Shown here: piece by piece, positions 20,434 to 30,336 of the stretch
Position numbering within the stretch: position 1 is the first letter of the stretch
Layout: every line of letters starts with the position of its first letter
Origin: an uncultured Planctomycetia bacterium
GTDB lineage: Bacteria > Omnitrophota > Gorgyraeia > Tantalellales > Tantalellaceae
Direction of reading: 5' to 3'
Assembly (NCBI GenBank): GCA_964572255.1
Contig: CAZNEE010000001.1
Location: 267,587 to 331,586 of the forward strand
DNA length: 64,000 nt
Position numbers and translations under genes: made by a program
Notes under the pieces: model-generated
Database searches by the model: none
Told to the model about the DNA's origin: nothing
What the model saw: the letters and a program-made list of their open reading frames with translations, nothing else

Positions 20434-21636
20434 ATGGCAAAAGAAAAAATAATAAGTACTTGCGATAAAATAATAGAGTGGTGCTTTTATGCTTTGATCA
20501 TAGCTGTGACATTTTCGACTTCTCTTGTCGAAGTGCTCTCAAGCTTGATGATCCTGGCATGGCTCATCAAGAAAAATTCTGATAGAGATTTCAGTCAGTT
20601 AAACTCGGTTCCCGTTAAACTCTTGGCTCTATTTCTCTTTTGGAATATACTTTCCTGCATTAATAGCGGATATTTCAAGGAAAGCTTCAGGGGCATTTTT
20701 AAGTGGCTGGAATATTCTCTTTTGTTTGTCATTGCCGCGACAAGTTTGGACAGGAAGCCTATCGCGAGAAGATCTTTTTATACCGTGATAGTTGCCGTTA
20801 CCATCACTTGTTTGAACGGTATTTATCAGTATTTTGCGGGAGTCGATCTTCTCAGGCATAGAACCCTTACTCCGCACGACTACCTGCGCAGAATATCTTC
20901 CTCTTTTGTTCATCCGAATGATCTGGGATCATATATTCTGATCGCAAGTGTTATTTTGATCGCTTTTATATTGCTCTGGAGAGTCCATCTAAAGAAAAGA
21001 CTTCTTTTACTGATCCCTTTTGTTATTTCAATGGCGGCTTTATATCTCACTAAATCACGGGGCGCGTGGATGGCGTTTATTGCGGCAGTGCTTACCTTAG
21101 GCGCATTGATAAATAAAAAGACCATTGCCGCTTTTCTTGCGATACTTCTTGTGGTCTTTATAATGCTTCCTTACAGCGTGCAGGAACACATATTTAGTTT
21201 AGCGGACGCGAAAAGCGGAACCACGTGGGAGCGATTGATGTTATGGAAGGGGACCATCAATATGATAAGGGAACATCCTCTCCTGGGGTTCGGAGTCAAT
21301 ACGTATAGCAGGAATTTCCCGAAATTCAAACCGCCCGAGTATCCGGATGTCAGATATACTCATAATTCATATCTTCACATGGCGGCGGAGATCGGTATCC
21401 CGGGAATTCTTCTTTATCTTATTTTTTTAGTTTCCGTACTGATGTTTTCCCTCGTGGGAATATACCGCATGGCTGATGATGACAGAAAAGTTCTTGCGAT
21501 CGGACTTTTCGCGGGCCTTGTAGGTTTTACGTTTAATTGTGTGGTTGATACTCATCTCTATTCAGTGAACCTTGCAGTATTATTTCACCTGCTGTTAGGA
21601 TTTTGTTTTGCCATAAGTTATCATGCCCAGAAATAA
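20434..21636 (+). CDS. O-antigen ligase / Wzy_C family protein
   Basis: HPNDLG, TKSRGAW, R..LW, PLLGFG, HNSYLH.AAE.G..G. Confidence 0.88.
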   Translation: MAKEKIISTCDKIIEWCFYALIIAVTFSTSLVEVLSSLMILAWLIKKNSDRDFSQLNSVPVKLLALFLFWNILSCINSGYFKESFRGIFKWLEYSLLFVIAATSLDRKPIARRSFYTVIVAVTITCLNGIYQYFAGVDLLRHRTLTPHDYLRRISSSFVHPNDLGSYILIASVILIAFILLWRVHLKKRLLLLIPFVISMAALYLTKSRGAWMAFIAAVLTLGALINKKTIAAFLAILLVVFIMLPYSVQEHIFSLADAKSGTTWERLMLWKGTINMIREHPLLGFGVNTYSRNFPKFKPPEYPDVRYTHNSYLHMAAEIGIPGILLYLIFLVSVLMFSLVGIYRMADDDRKVLAIGLFAGLVGFTFNCVVDTHLYSVNLAVLFHLLLGFCFAISYHAQK

Positions 21637-22669
21637 TAAACCCCAAAACATTGTTTTAATAAGAACTGACCGTATCGGCGAGGTGCTTCTTTCTACCGTT
21701 GCAGTGGATGTAATAAAGAAGAGATTCCCTAACGCAAAGTTCACTTTTATTACTTCCGGCTATTCAAGGCCTCTTCTTGAAGACAGGAAAGACATTGCCG
21801 AAGTTTTGACCTTTGAAACAATGAAAAAGGCAAATCCGGTTTTCAAGGCCTTTCAGCTTACCTCAATGCTCCGCAAAAGACATTTTGATATCGCTGTTGT
21901 GTTCAATCCGCATAAAGCGCTTCACATGGCATGTTTTCTGGCGGGCATCCCGATACGCGTGGGGTATGACAGAAAATGGGGGGTTTTCCTTAACAGAAAA
22001 ATAGAAGATGAGCGGGATAAGGGAGAGAAGCATGAGATCGAGTACACGATGGATCTCTTGCGGCTTTTAGGCATTGAAGAGACTTCCGCCTCGCCGAGTT
22101 TGCCTGTAAGTGAAGTTTCCGAAAAGGAATTAGAGAATATTACGGAAAAAATAGGGATGGAATTCAATAAACCTTTGATCATTATTCATCCCGGAAGCAG
22201 TAATGCGGTAAAAATATGGCCTATAGAGCGTTACGTGGAACTTATCCGGAGGATAAAACAAAAAACGACTTGTTATATTGTCCTGATCGGGAGCAGGGAG
22301 GAGAAAGATCTTTCGGCGAGAATGGCGTTTGAATCCGGGGTGAAGGTCATCAATCTTACAGGGGCTTTGGATCTTAAGCAATTAGCGGCGCTTTTAAAAA
22401 GGGCAAGCCTGTTTATCGGCAACGACTCCGGCCCCATGCACATGGCGGCAGCTTTGGATGTGCCCGTTATCGCTATTTTCGGAAGAAATATCCCGGGTGT
22501 GAGTCCGACAAGATGGCGCCCATGGGGGACGAAACACATTGTATTCCATGAAGATTCCGGCTGTTTCCCATGCTATGATGCGGAGTGCCCTTATGAATAT
22601 AAATGTATAAGGGCCGTTACGGTTGATGCCGTATTTGAAGCTGTGCAAAAAATAATGTCTGAAAAATGA
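21623..22669 (+). CDS. Glycosyltransferase family 9 (WaaF/WaaQ-like)
   Basis: RTDRIGE, HPGS, KIWP, NDSGPMHMAAA, C-terminal CxxC..C...C. Confidence 0.9.
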   Translation: MPRNNKPQNIVLIRTDRIGEVLLSTVAVDVIKKRFPNAKFTFITSGYSRPLLEDRKDIAEVLTFETMKKANPVFKAFQLTSMLRKRHFDIAVVFNPHKALHMACFLAGIPIRVGYDRKWGVFLNRKIEDERDKGEKHEIEYTMDLLRLLGIEETSASPSLPVSEVSEKELENITEKIGMEFNKPLIIIHPGSSNAVKIWPIERYVELIRRIKQKTTCYIVLIGSREEKDLSARMAFESGVKVINLTGALDLKQLAALLKRASLFIGNDSGPMHMAAALDVPVIAIFGRNIPGVSPTRWRPWGTKHIVFHEDSGCFPCYDAECPYEYKCIRAVTVDAVFEAVQKIMSEK

Positions 22670-23745
22670 AAAGAATCCTGATCGCGAACATATTCGGTAT
22701 AGGGGACGTGCTTTTTACCACGCCTTTGATCGCAAACCTCAAAAGGGCAGATGAGGGAGCGGAGGTCGGTTTTCTATGCAATGCCAGAGCTAAGGCGGTT
22801 TTAGAGAACAATCCCGATATAGATGAGATCTTTGTTTACGAAAAAGACGAGTTCGTGAAGTTATGGAAAGAATCAAAGATCAAGTGTTTGAAAGCGCTGA
22901 ATAATTTGTTTTCCGCGATAAGGAAGATGAAATATGATACAGTTTTTGATTTTACATTATCAAGAGAATTCGGTTTAGCTTTCCTGCTTGCGGGAATACC
23001 TAAAAGAATAGGACTGAATTACAAAAACAGAGGCTTTTTTCTCACCCGTAAATTGCCTCTTACCGGTTTTGCGAACCGGCATGTTATTGAACATTATCTG
23101 GATCTGTTAAAATTTGCGGGCGTAAATTCATTGGTAAGAGAGATGCGGCTGGATCCGAGCGGGGATGCTTTATTATGGGCAGCCGATTATTTGAGGGATA
23201 AGGGCATGAATGAGAGGCCCAGAATAGCCGTTATTCCGGGAGGAGGGGCAAGCTGGGGGGAACAAGCAGCCCGCAAAAGATGGGATGCCTCGGGTTTTGC
23301 CGGATGCGCGGATCTTCTTGCTATTGAAGGTTTTGATGTTTTGATACTCGGCGATAGTTCGGAGAAAGAACTTTGCGCGGAAGTTGCCGGAAAAATGAAT
23401 GAGGGATCTAAGGTTGTGGAAAACGGCCTGGAACTCGATAAATATATCGCGTTATTAGCTAGATGTGATCTTGTATTGTGCAATGATGGGGGCCCCTTAC
23501 ATATCGCGGTTGCCTTGGGCCGGAAAACAGTGTCTATTTTCGGTCCTGTTGATGACAGGGTTTACGGCCCTTATCCGTTATCATGGAAGCATAAAGTGAT
23601 AACTGCGGAGGAGACCCCTTGCAGGCCTTGTTACGACCGGTTTAAACTCCCGGAATGTGAGAATGAAAACAGGTGCCTTACCGATATTGATCCCGGAAGA
23701 GTCGCGGATGCCTGTTTGGGATTATTAAGCAAAAAGGAAAAATAA
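22666..23745 (+). CDS. Glycosyltransferase family 9 (WaaF-like)
   Basis: GIGDVLFTTP, KRW, NDGGPLHIA, CRPC. Confidence 0.9.
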   Translation: MKRILIANIFGIGDVLFTTPLIANLKRADEGAEVGFLCNARAKAVLENNPDIDEIFVYEKDEFVKLWKESKIKCLKALNNLFSAIRKMKYDTVFDFTLSREFGLAFLLAGIPKRIGLNYKNRGFFLTRKLPLTGFANRHVIEHYLDLLKFAGVNSLVREMRLDPSGDALLWAADYLRDKGMNERPRIAVIPGGGASWGEQAARKRWDASGFAGCADLLAIEGFDVLILGDSSEKELCAEVAGKMNEGSKVVENGLELDKYIALLARCDLVLCNDGGPLHIAVALGRKTVSIFGPVDDRVYGPYPLSWKHKVITAEETPCRPCYDRFKLPECENENRCLTDIDPGRVADACLGLLSKKEK

Positions 23746-25326
23746 ATGGCAAAGCCTCTGGTTAGCGCTGTCATAATAACAAAAAATGAGGAAGAAAATA
23801 TAGCCGATTGTCTTGAAAGTGTCTCCTGGGCCGGAGAGATCATTCTTGTCGATGATAACAGTACTGACAAGACAAGAGAGATCGCGAAGAAGTATACCGA
23901 TAAGATCTTTATCCGGAAGATGGAGAATGAAGGCAGACACAGGAACCGGGCATATGCACAGGCTTCCAATGATTGGATCTTAAGCGTAGACGCGGATGAA
24001 AGGGTGACGCCGGAACTTGCGCAGGAAATAACGGAGCTATTGAAAGGAAGACCGGAATATAAGGCGTATGCTATCCCGAGAAGGAATTGTATTGGCGATC
24101 ATTGGCTGAAATATGGAGGTGAATATCCCGCGCCCCAGACAAGATTATTCTTAAAAGATGAATTCAGGTACGAGGAGGCGGAGGTGCACCCCCGGGCACT
24201 CATGGAAGGGGATACGGGATATCTTAAAGGGGACCTTATTCACTATTCCCATCGGGATATTGAGGACTATGTCCGGAGCCTTGAAGGACATACGACACTT
24301 GAAGCTAAAAAATGGCATTCAAGCGGGCGAGAAATGAGTTTAGGGCGTGCGGTCTGGCGTGCTTTTGATAGGTGTTTTTACAGGCGTCTTTTGCGGAAAA
24401 AAGCGTATAAAGACGGGGTGTATGGCATAGTAGTTGCGGTGTTTAGTGGTATGTATCAGATATTGAGCTACGCTAAGTACTGGGCTAAGAAAAATAATCT
24501 GGAAGGGTTGAACGAGAAAGGACATCCCGCAAGGGAAGATAAACTGCCGCCTGAAGGCCGCAAGAAATTATCCGTAGTTATCATCGCTAAGAACGAGGAA
24601 GATAAAATACGGAATTGCCTCGAAAGTATCAAGTGGGTGGATGAGGTGGTGATCGTCGATGGCTTCAGCACTGATAAGACGGTAGAGATATGCGAAGAGT
24701 ATGGTGCCAAGGTCATTCAGCATAGATTTGAGGGGGATTTCGGCTTAGAGCGTAATATAGGAAACGAAAACTCATCAGGTGACTGGATCTTGCAGCTTGA
24801 CGCTGACGAAGTAGTTACGCAAGGTTTTAAGGATAAAATGGCAGAGATCCTTAAGGATGGGGATGAGTTTGCATCATATAAATTCCTTCGCAAAAACTCT
24901 TTTTTCGGGCATTTTATGATGCGGGGAGGATGGTACCATTATTCACATCATCTTTTCAAAAAGGGTTTTGCTCATTATGACGGGAAGGTACACCACCAGC
25001 TTATAGTAAACGGTAAAACAGGGTTATTGAAAGCTGATGTGGAACATTATCCTTTTCAGACTTTCAGTCAGCTCATCTCAAGACATAACCGTTATACAAC
25101 CCTTGAAGCCAAGGAGATCTTTGATCTGAGAGGCAGGATCAGTGAAAAAGAAGTACTGTATAACATAAAAGTGAAGCCTCTTAAACTTTTTTGGAAATTC
25201 TATGTCAAAAAGAAGGGCTTTACAGAAGGTACGCATGGAATCATCTTTTCAATATTTTTTGCTTGGGTGCATTTTCTGAAATGGGCGAAATATTGGGAAC
25301 TTTTGCAGGGGAAGAATGAAAGCTAA
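23746..25326 (+). CDS. Double-domain GT2 (two tandem WaaE/LgtF-like domains)
   Basis: Two repeats of SxxII.KNEE..I..CLES..W..E...VD..STDKT.EI...W...DADE...AKYW. Confidence 0.88.
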   Translation: MAKPLVSAVIITKNEEENIADCLESVSWAGEIILVDDNSTDKTREIAKKYTDKIFIRKMENEGRHRNRAYAQASNDWILSVDADERVTPELAQEITELLKGRPEYKAYAIPRRNCIGDHWLKYGGEYPAPQTRLFLKDEFRYEEAEVHPRALMEGDTGYLKGDLIHYSHRDIEDYVRSLEGHTTLEAKKWHSSGREMSLGRAVWRAFDRCFYRRLLRKKAYKDGVYGIVVAVFSGMYQILSYAKYWAKKNNLEGLNEKGHPAREDKLPPEGRKKLSVVIIAKNEEDKIRNCLESIKWVDEVVIVDGFSTDKTVEICEEYGAKVIQHRFEGDFGLERNIGNENSSGDWILQLDADEVVTQGFKDKMAEILKDGDEFASYKFLRKNSFFGHFMMRGGWYHYSHHLFKKGFAHYDGKVHHQLIVNGKTGLLKADVEHYPFQTFSQLISRHNRYTTLEAKEIFDLRGRISEKEVLYNIKVKPLKLFWKFYVKKKGFTEGTHGIIFSIFFAWVHFLKWAKYWELLQGKNES

Positions 25327-26479
25327 ATGCGACATAATATTGCTTAGTTATGAAAGCCCGGAGCTTCTTAAAGAATGCGTTAAGAGCGTTCTTGAAAAGA
25401 CCAACGTTAATTCGCGGCTTATAATCGTGGACAACGCAAGCCGTGATCCTGAAGTCGCCAGGTATCTTCGCGAGGTTCACGGGAATGATACTGTTCAGAT
25501 CGAAAAAGTCTTCAGCGAAAGAAATGCGGGTTTTGCGGGAGGCATGAACAAGGGCATCAGGCTTTCCGATGCGCCTTATGTGTGTCTATTGAACAATGAT
25601 TGTGTCGTTACGAACGGATGGCTCAGGGAGATGATAAATATCGCTAAGTCGAGGAAGGACATAGGATTGGTTAACCCCCAGAGCAATACTTTTGGTTCAA
25701 AACCCAGAGAGGGCGTTTCTTTAGAAAAGCATGCTGAGACGCTTTCGGGAAGAAAAGGAAAGTTCGTTGAGCTCGGTCATGCGATCGGCTTTGCGTGTCT
25801 TGTAAAAAGAGAGGTAATAGACAAGATCGGGTATTTAGACGAAGCATACGAAGGCGTGTGTTATGAGGATACCGATTTTTCTGTCCGGGCCCAAAAGGTC
25901 GGGTATATTGCAGTCGCGGCCGAAGGGTCGTATGTTTTTCATCATGAACAATCTTCCAGAAAAGGCCTTAAGGGCAAAGAAATGATCTATAAGAAAAACA
26001 GAGAACTATTTGAAAAAAGATGGGGGAAGCTGTTAAGGGTTTTCTTCTTTGCCGATAGCTCTGTAAGCATGACCAATGGGGGCATCCTCGAATATTATGA
26101 GAATTTAAAAGACCTGGCCCGCCAAAGGGTCTTTATCGATCTATGGATAGAAAAGGATGAAACTGACAGGAACCTGTTCTTGGAGAAAGATTTCAAACCT
26201 GAAGTCAGCCATGCCGATATAGGGGTATATTTATTCGTAAACAAATGGATGTTTTTATCCGTATTATGGCGCGTTCTCACAAAAAAGAAAAAGTACGATG
26301 CGGTTATTCTTAAAGAGGGCAGACTTGCCGCTTTTTTAAGATTCTTGAGACCGATACACAGAGCGCAACTTTTTACCTTTGATGAAGGGACACGTCTCCA
26401 TGATCAGAAAGGGGAAAGGTTCGACCTTAAAGATCCCCTGGCATTGGCCGGTCACTTGAGAAAAATAAAGAAAAAATGA
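25316..26479 (+). CDS. Glycosyltransferase family 2 with C-terminal extension
   Basis: VDNAS, NAGFAGGMNKG, LLNND, YEDTDFS. Confidence 0.88.
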   Translation: MKAKCDIILLSYESPELLKECVKSVLEKTNVNSRLIIVDNASRDPEVARYLREVHGNDTVQIEKVFSERNAGFAGGMNKGIRLSDAPYVCLLNNDCVVTNGWLREMINIAKSRKDIGLVNPQSNTFGSKPREGVSLEKHAETLSGRKGKFVELGHAIGFACLVKREVIDKIGYLDEAYEGVCYEDTDFSVRAQKVGYIAVAAEGSYVFHHEQSSRKGLKGKEMIYKKNRELFEKRWGKLLRVFFFADSSVSMTNGGILEYYENLKDLARQRVFIDLWIEKDETDRNLFLEKDFKPEVSHADIGVYLFVNKWMFLSVLWRVLTKKKKYDAVILKEGRLAAFLRFLRPIHRAQLFTFDEGTRLHDQKGERFDLKDPLALAGHLRKIKKK

Positions 26480-26889
26480 AAAAGCAGCTTATATTTAAAA
26501 TAATACTTTCTGTATGGATCGTTCTTTGGATATTTTTCCTTGCACGGGAAGATAAGGACGGTCAATACAGGATGCTTAAATATTTTTATACGCATGATCC
26601 TCAAGAAAGGATACAGTATTTATTGGGGGATGATTTACATGATTTTCTTGTTTTTTGTAAAGCAAATATTTCTCATGGAGATGAATATGAGTTAATTGAT
26701 TTTGAGAATTCTTCGATAACACATGTAAGAGCAAGATATTTTTTATGGCCGCTGAAGAACCTTAAGGGAAATTCTGACTACAAGATTGTGTTGGACAAAA
26801 AGAATGTTGATATTCCAGGATACAGGGTTGTTAAACCAAAATCTGCTCTGCCCGGTTTATTGTTGATTAAAGAGGAGACAGGTAGATGA
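26476..26889 (+). CDS. Hypothetical membrane-anchored protein
   Basis: N-terminal hydrophobic segment; ATGA-coupled to both neighbours. Confidence 0.7.
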   Translation: MKKQLIFKIILSVWIVLWIFFLAREDKDGQYRMLKYFYTHDPQERIQYLLGDDLHDFLVFCKANISHGDEYELIDFENSSITHVRARYFLWPLKNLKGNSDYKIVLDKKNVDIPGYRVVKPKSALPGLLLIKEETGR

Positions 26890-28271
26890 GCTTTATTCTT
26901 TCATTGTTTTTATTGTGGATAACCGGCGCTTTTCTTGTACTTTTTTTCGTAAAACGCCAACGCTACTGCTGCTCAATGTCAGAATTTTTGTCATTATCAT
27001 TTTTTCTGGGAACAGGCATAACGGTATATTATATGTTCATTTTCGGTCTTTTAGGGGTTAGTTATTGCATAAAAAATCTTTCCATCATCCCGGCAGCACT
27101 ATCTGTATTAATTTTGTCAAGGTACCTATTTAAGACGGGAAGAATCAGTGAGCCCGGCACAAGAGGTGTTCATAGTGAGCCCTGGAATTTAACAGAGAAA
27201 TTGCTGTTGACTGGAATAATCTTTCAGTTTTTATGGGTCATTTTTCTGGCTTTTCCAGTGCCTGTGCAGGCACACGATGCTGTTGCTAATTACGCTCTTA
27301 AGGCTAAGATTCTTTTCACTTTAAAAGGAAACTTTACCGAGATGTTTAGTCTAAGCGAAGATGCTGCGGGACACTTTGTTCATCCGCTATGGCTATCTGT
27401 GATTGTCAGCTGGGTAAATACTTTTACAGGAGGGGATGAATTTCTTGCTAACATGATAATGCCAACCATATATATTATGTTCGGAATTCTTCTATATTCT
27501 TTATTTAGGAAAATTTTTAACCGCGCTTATTCGCTGCTTCTATTGTTTGCATTTATTACAATTCATCAAATTTCAAATTATTCGGGGATAATTTATGCAG
27601 ACTTGCCGTTAACCGCATTTACAACATGCGCTTTCGTGTATTTCATACTTTATATTAAGAATGAGAACGAGACGCAAATGTTAATTTCATCTATACTGTT
27701 TGGGTTTTCATTGCTGATAAAGAACGAGGCGCTGATTTTTGTCGGCGGGTATTTATTTCTGTTTTTTATTTATGCCATAAAAAATAACGGGTTGAAGAGA
27801 AAGCTGATTTTCAGAAATTTAATTAGCGCAATTGCTGTAATATTGGCTATAAATGTTCCGTGGCTTATCATAAAAATAGTGCATGGCATCAGCAATCAAT
27901 ATATAGGGCTTACGGGATTAACCGCAGATAAATTTTTTGAGAACGTAAGACACATTCCGGTTCTCTTGAATTCGTTTCAACAAGAAGTTTTTGGTCCCAA
28001 AAAGTGGAATATCTTCTGGATACTTGTAATAGCAGGGGGGATATGGAAGAGGAGAATGCTGTGGAAGGACGAAATTTTCTACATAACATTATATTTAGTT
28101 ATTCTGATGGCTGGGTATGTCGCGGGATATATGGTTGTTAAAGTTCATAATTTATATTTTTACATAAACACGACTCTATCGCGGTTTATGATACATTTTT
28201 CAGGGATAACTTTGCTGCTTTTAGCTTTTTTATCAGCCAAGGACATTCGCGAACTTGAAAGTTTCAAATGA
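26886..28271 (+). CDS. Multi-pass membrane protein, probable GT-C glycosyltransferase
   Basis: About 12 TMs; HDA..NY..KAK loop, HPL, YADLPL, KNEA, late RF motif. Confidence 0.6.
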   Translation: MSFILSLFLLWITGAFLVLFFVKRQRYCCSMSEFLSLSFFLGTGITVYYMFIFGLLGVSYCIKNLSIIPAALSVLILSRYLFKTGRISEPGTRGVHSEPWNLTEKLLLTGIIFQFLWVIFLAFPVPVQAHDAVANYALKAKILFTLKGNFTEMFSLSEDAAGHFVHPLWLSVIVSWVNTFTGGDEFLANMIMPTIYIMFGILLYSLFRKIFNRAYSLLLLFAFITIHQISNYSGIIYADLPLTAFTTCAFVYFILYIKNENETQMLISSILFGFSLLIKNEALIFVGGYLFLFFIYAIKNNGLKRKLIFRNLISAIAVILAINVPWLIIKIVHGISNQYIGLTGLTADKFFENVRHIPVLLNSFQQEVFGPKKWNIFWILVIAGGIWKRRMLWKDEIFYITLYLVILMAGYVAGYMVVKVHNLYFYINTTLSRFMIHFSGITLLLLAFLSAKDIRELESFK

Positions 28272-28341
28272 TTAAATTGATGTTTTTTTGGCGAAAATGC
28301 GGAAGTTATGTTTGCCAAAATAAAAGGAAAGGAGAGGCAGA

Positions 28342-29715
28342 GTGAAGCTCTCAGTGGTAATGCCGGTATATAATGAGGTTAATACTTTTCTTGAGATCTT
28401 CAGGCAGGTAAAAGAATACCCTATGGAGAAAGAAATAATTATTGTTGACGATTTCTCCACTGACGGAACAAGGGAGATCTTGGAAAAGGTTAATGACGAT
28501 AATGTGCAGATATTGTTTAATGAAAAAAATTATGGAAAGGGATTTTGTGTCCGAAGAGGTTTTGATCTGGCAAAAGGCGATATTGTTATTATCCAGGATA
28601 CAGACCTTGAATATTATCCCTCCGAGTATTCGATCTTAATAAAAAGAATATTAGAAGGTAAAGCCGATGTGGTATATGGAACGAGATTTTTAGGGGAACA
28701 TAGAGTGTTCTTTTTCTCTCATTTTTTGGGAAATTTTATATTAAATAATATCGCAAACATTCTTTACAATACTAATTTGACCGATCTCATGACTGGCTAT
28801 AAGGTATTTACAAGGGACGCAATCGATAAACTTAATTTGCATGCAAACGGATTTGGCGTAGAAGCGGAGATAACCGCTCAAGTTTTTAAACATAATCTAA
28901 GGGTTTATGAGGTGCCGATTTCTTACAATGGAAGAAATTATGATGAGGGGAAGAAAATAACGTGGAAGGATTTCTTCCGTTCGTTATACTGGCTGTTTAG
29001 ATGCAGATTTGCCAGTTATGACATTGGCAAGGATACTTTGTCCAGGATGCGGGTTATGAAGAATAACAATAGATGGCTTTTTAACCAGATAAAACCGTAC
29101 ATAGGCGACCGCGTTCTGGAGATAGGTTCCGGTATCGGCAATATTTCAGCTTTACTTTCCAGCCTTAAAAAGAAATTAATCTTAACAGAGATAAATGAAC
29201 ATTACGTGGATTATTTAAGGCAGAGATTTATTGGAAATCCTTCTATAGAAGTTTTCCGAAAGGATGTAACATCGAATGATTTTCTCGATCTAAGAAATTT
29301 TAACACTGATACCGCGGTATGCATAAACGTATTAGAGCATATCAAGGACGATAACAAAGCATTAGAAAATATATATCACACAATAGAATTAGATGGAAAA
29401 CTTATATTAGTTGTTCCTGCGCTTAAACCTCTCTATGGCTCAATTGATAAAGGGTTGGATCATTTTAGAAGGTATAGCAGAACAGACTTGAAGGATAAGT
29501 TGGAATCCAAGGGATTTATTGTAGAAGAAATGTTTTATCATAATTTTCTATCCGCTATTGGATGGTTTGTTAACGGTAGAATTTTAAAGAAAAAGATCAT
29601 TTCAAGTGTTCAAGTAAAAATATTGGATTTATTCATCCCAATTATTGCAGCAATAGAGAGAAGGATAAAAGTCCCTCTTGGCTTATCCCTGATTGTTGTT
29701 TGTAGAAAAAAATAA
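28342..29715 (+). CDS. DPM1-like GT2 fused to a SAM-dependent methyltransferase domain
   Basis: N-terminal MPVYNE/VDDFSTDGT/QDTDLEY/EGKKI; C-terminal VLEIGSGIG, NVLEHI, HFRRY. Confidence 0.88.
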   Translation: MKLSVVMPVYNEVNTFLEIFRQVKEYPMEKEIIIVDDFSTDGTREILEKVNDDNVQILFNEKNYGKGFCVRRGFDLAKGDIVIIQDTDLEYYPSEYSILIKRILEGKADVVYGTRFLGEHRVFFFSHFLGNFILNNIANILYNTNLTDLMTGYKVFTRDAIDKLNLHANGFGVEAEITAQVFKHNLRVYEVPISYNGRNYDEGKKITWKDFFRSLYWLFRCRFASYDIGKDTLSRMRVMKNNNRWLFNQIKPYIGDRVLEIGSGIGNISALLSSLKKKLILTEINEHYVDYLRQRFIGNPSIEVFRKDVTSNDFLDLRNFNTDTAVCINVLEHIKDDNKALENIYHTIELDGKLILVVPALKPLYGSIDKGLDHFRRYSRTDLKDKLESKGFIVEEMFYHNFLSAIGWFVNGRILKKKIISSVQVKILDLFIPIIAAIERRIKVPLGLSLIVVCRKK

Positions 29716-29767
29716 TTATTAGCAATTTATTGATTATTAAAAATCAGAAGCGAGGTAAAGGGCTGGT

Positions 29768-30331
29768 ATGAAGCAGAAATATATATTTCTTGATCGTGAC
29801 GGAGTGATAAATAAAGACGGTGAGTTCATAACCGAACACGGGTACATAACACGCTGGGAGGATTTTCAGTTCCTTCCCGGGGTTTTGGAAGGCATAAAGA
29901 GACTTACAGAAGAAGGATATAAGGTCATAGTCATATCAAATCAGAAATGTGTCGGAAAAGGCATCATGTCCGAGGAAGAGCTGAAAAGTTTAACGGAAGA
30001 GTTTTCTAAAGCTGTTGAAAAGAGCGGCGGGAAGATAGAGAAGGTCTATTATTGCCTTCATGTGGACGAAGATAAATGCGACTGCCGTAAACCCGAAGCG
30101 GGTTTGTTCCATAAGGCACAGGAGGAATTTAATATAGATACTTTTGAGAATAAATTTTTTATTGGTGACAGCCAGCGCGACATGCAGGCCGGACAAAGAG
30201 TAGGCCTTAAGACCGTGCTTGTCTTGTCCGGAAAATCTTCAAGGAAAGATGCCGAAGCCTGGCAGTACAAGCCGGATCACATATGCGAAACTTTCCGGGA
30301 TGTGGTGGATCTCGTTTTAAAGGGAGCGTAA
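29768..30331 (+). CDS. gmhB: D-glycero-D-manno-heptose 1,7-bisphosphate phosphatase (HAD IIIA)
   Basis: FLDRDGVIN, SNQ, CLH....CDCRKP, IGD. Confidence 0.88.
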   Translation: MKQKYIFLDRDGVINKDGEFITEHGYITRWEDFQFLPGVLEGIKRLTEEGYKVIVISNQKCVGKGIMSEEELKSLTEEFSKAVEKSGGKIEKVYYCLHVDEDKCDCRKPEAGLFHKAQEEFNIDTFENKFFIGDSQRDMQAGQRVGLKTVLVLSGKSSRKDAEAWQYKPDHICETFRDVVDLVLKGA

Positions 30332-30336
30332 AGTAC

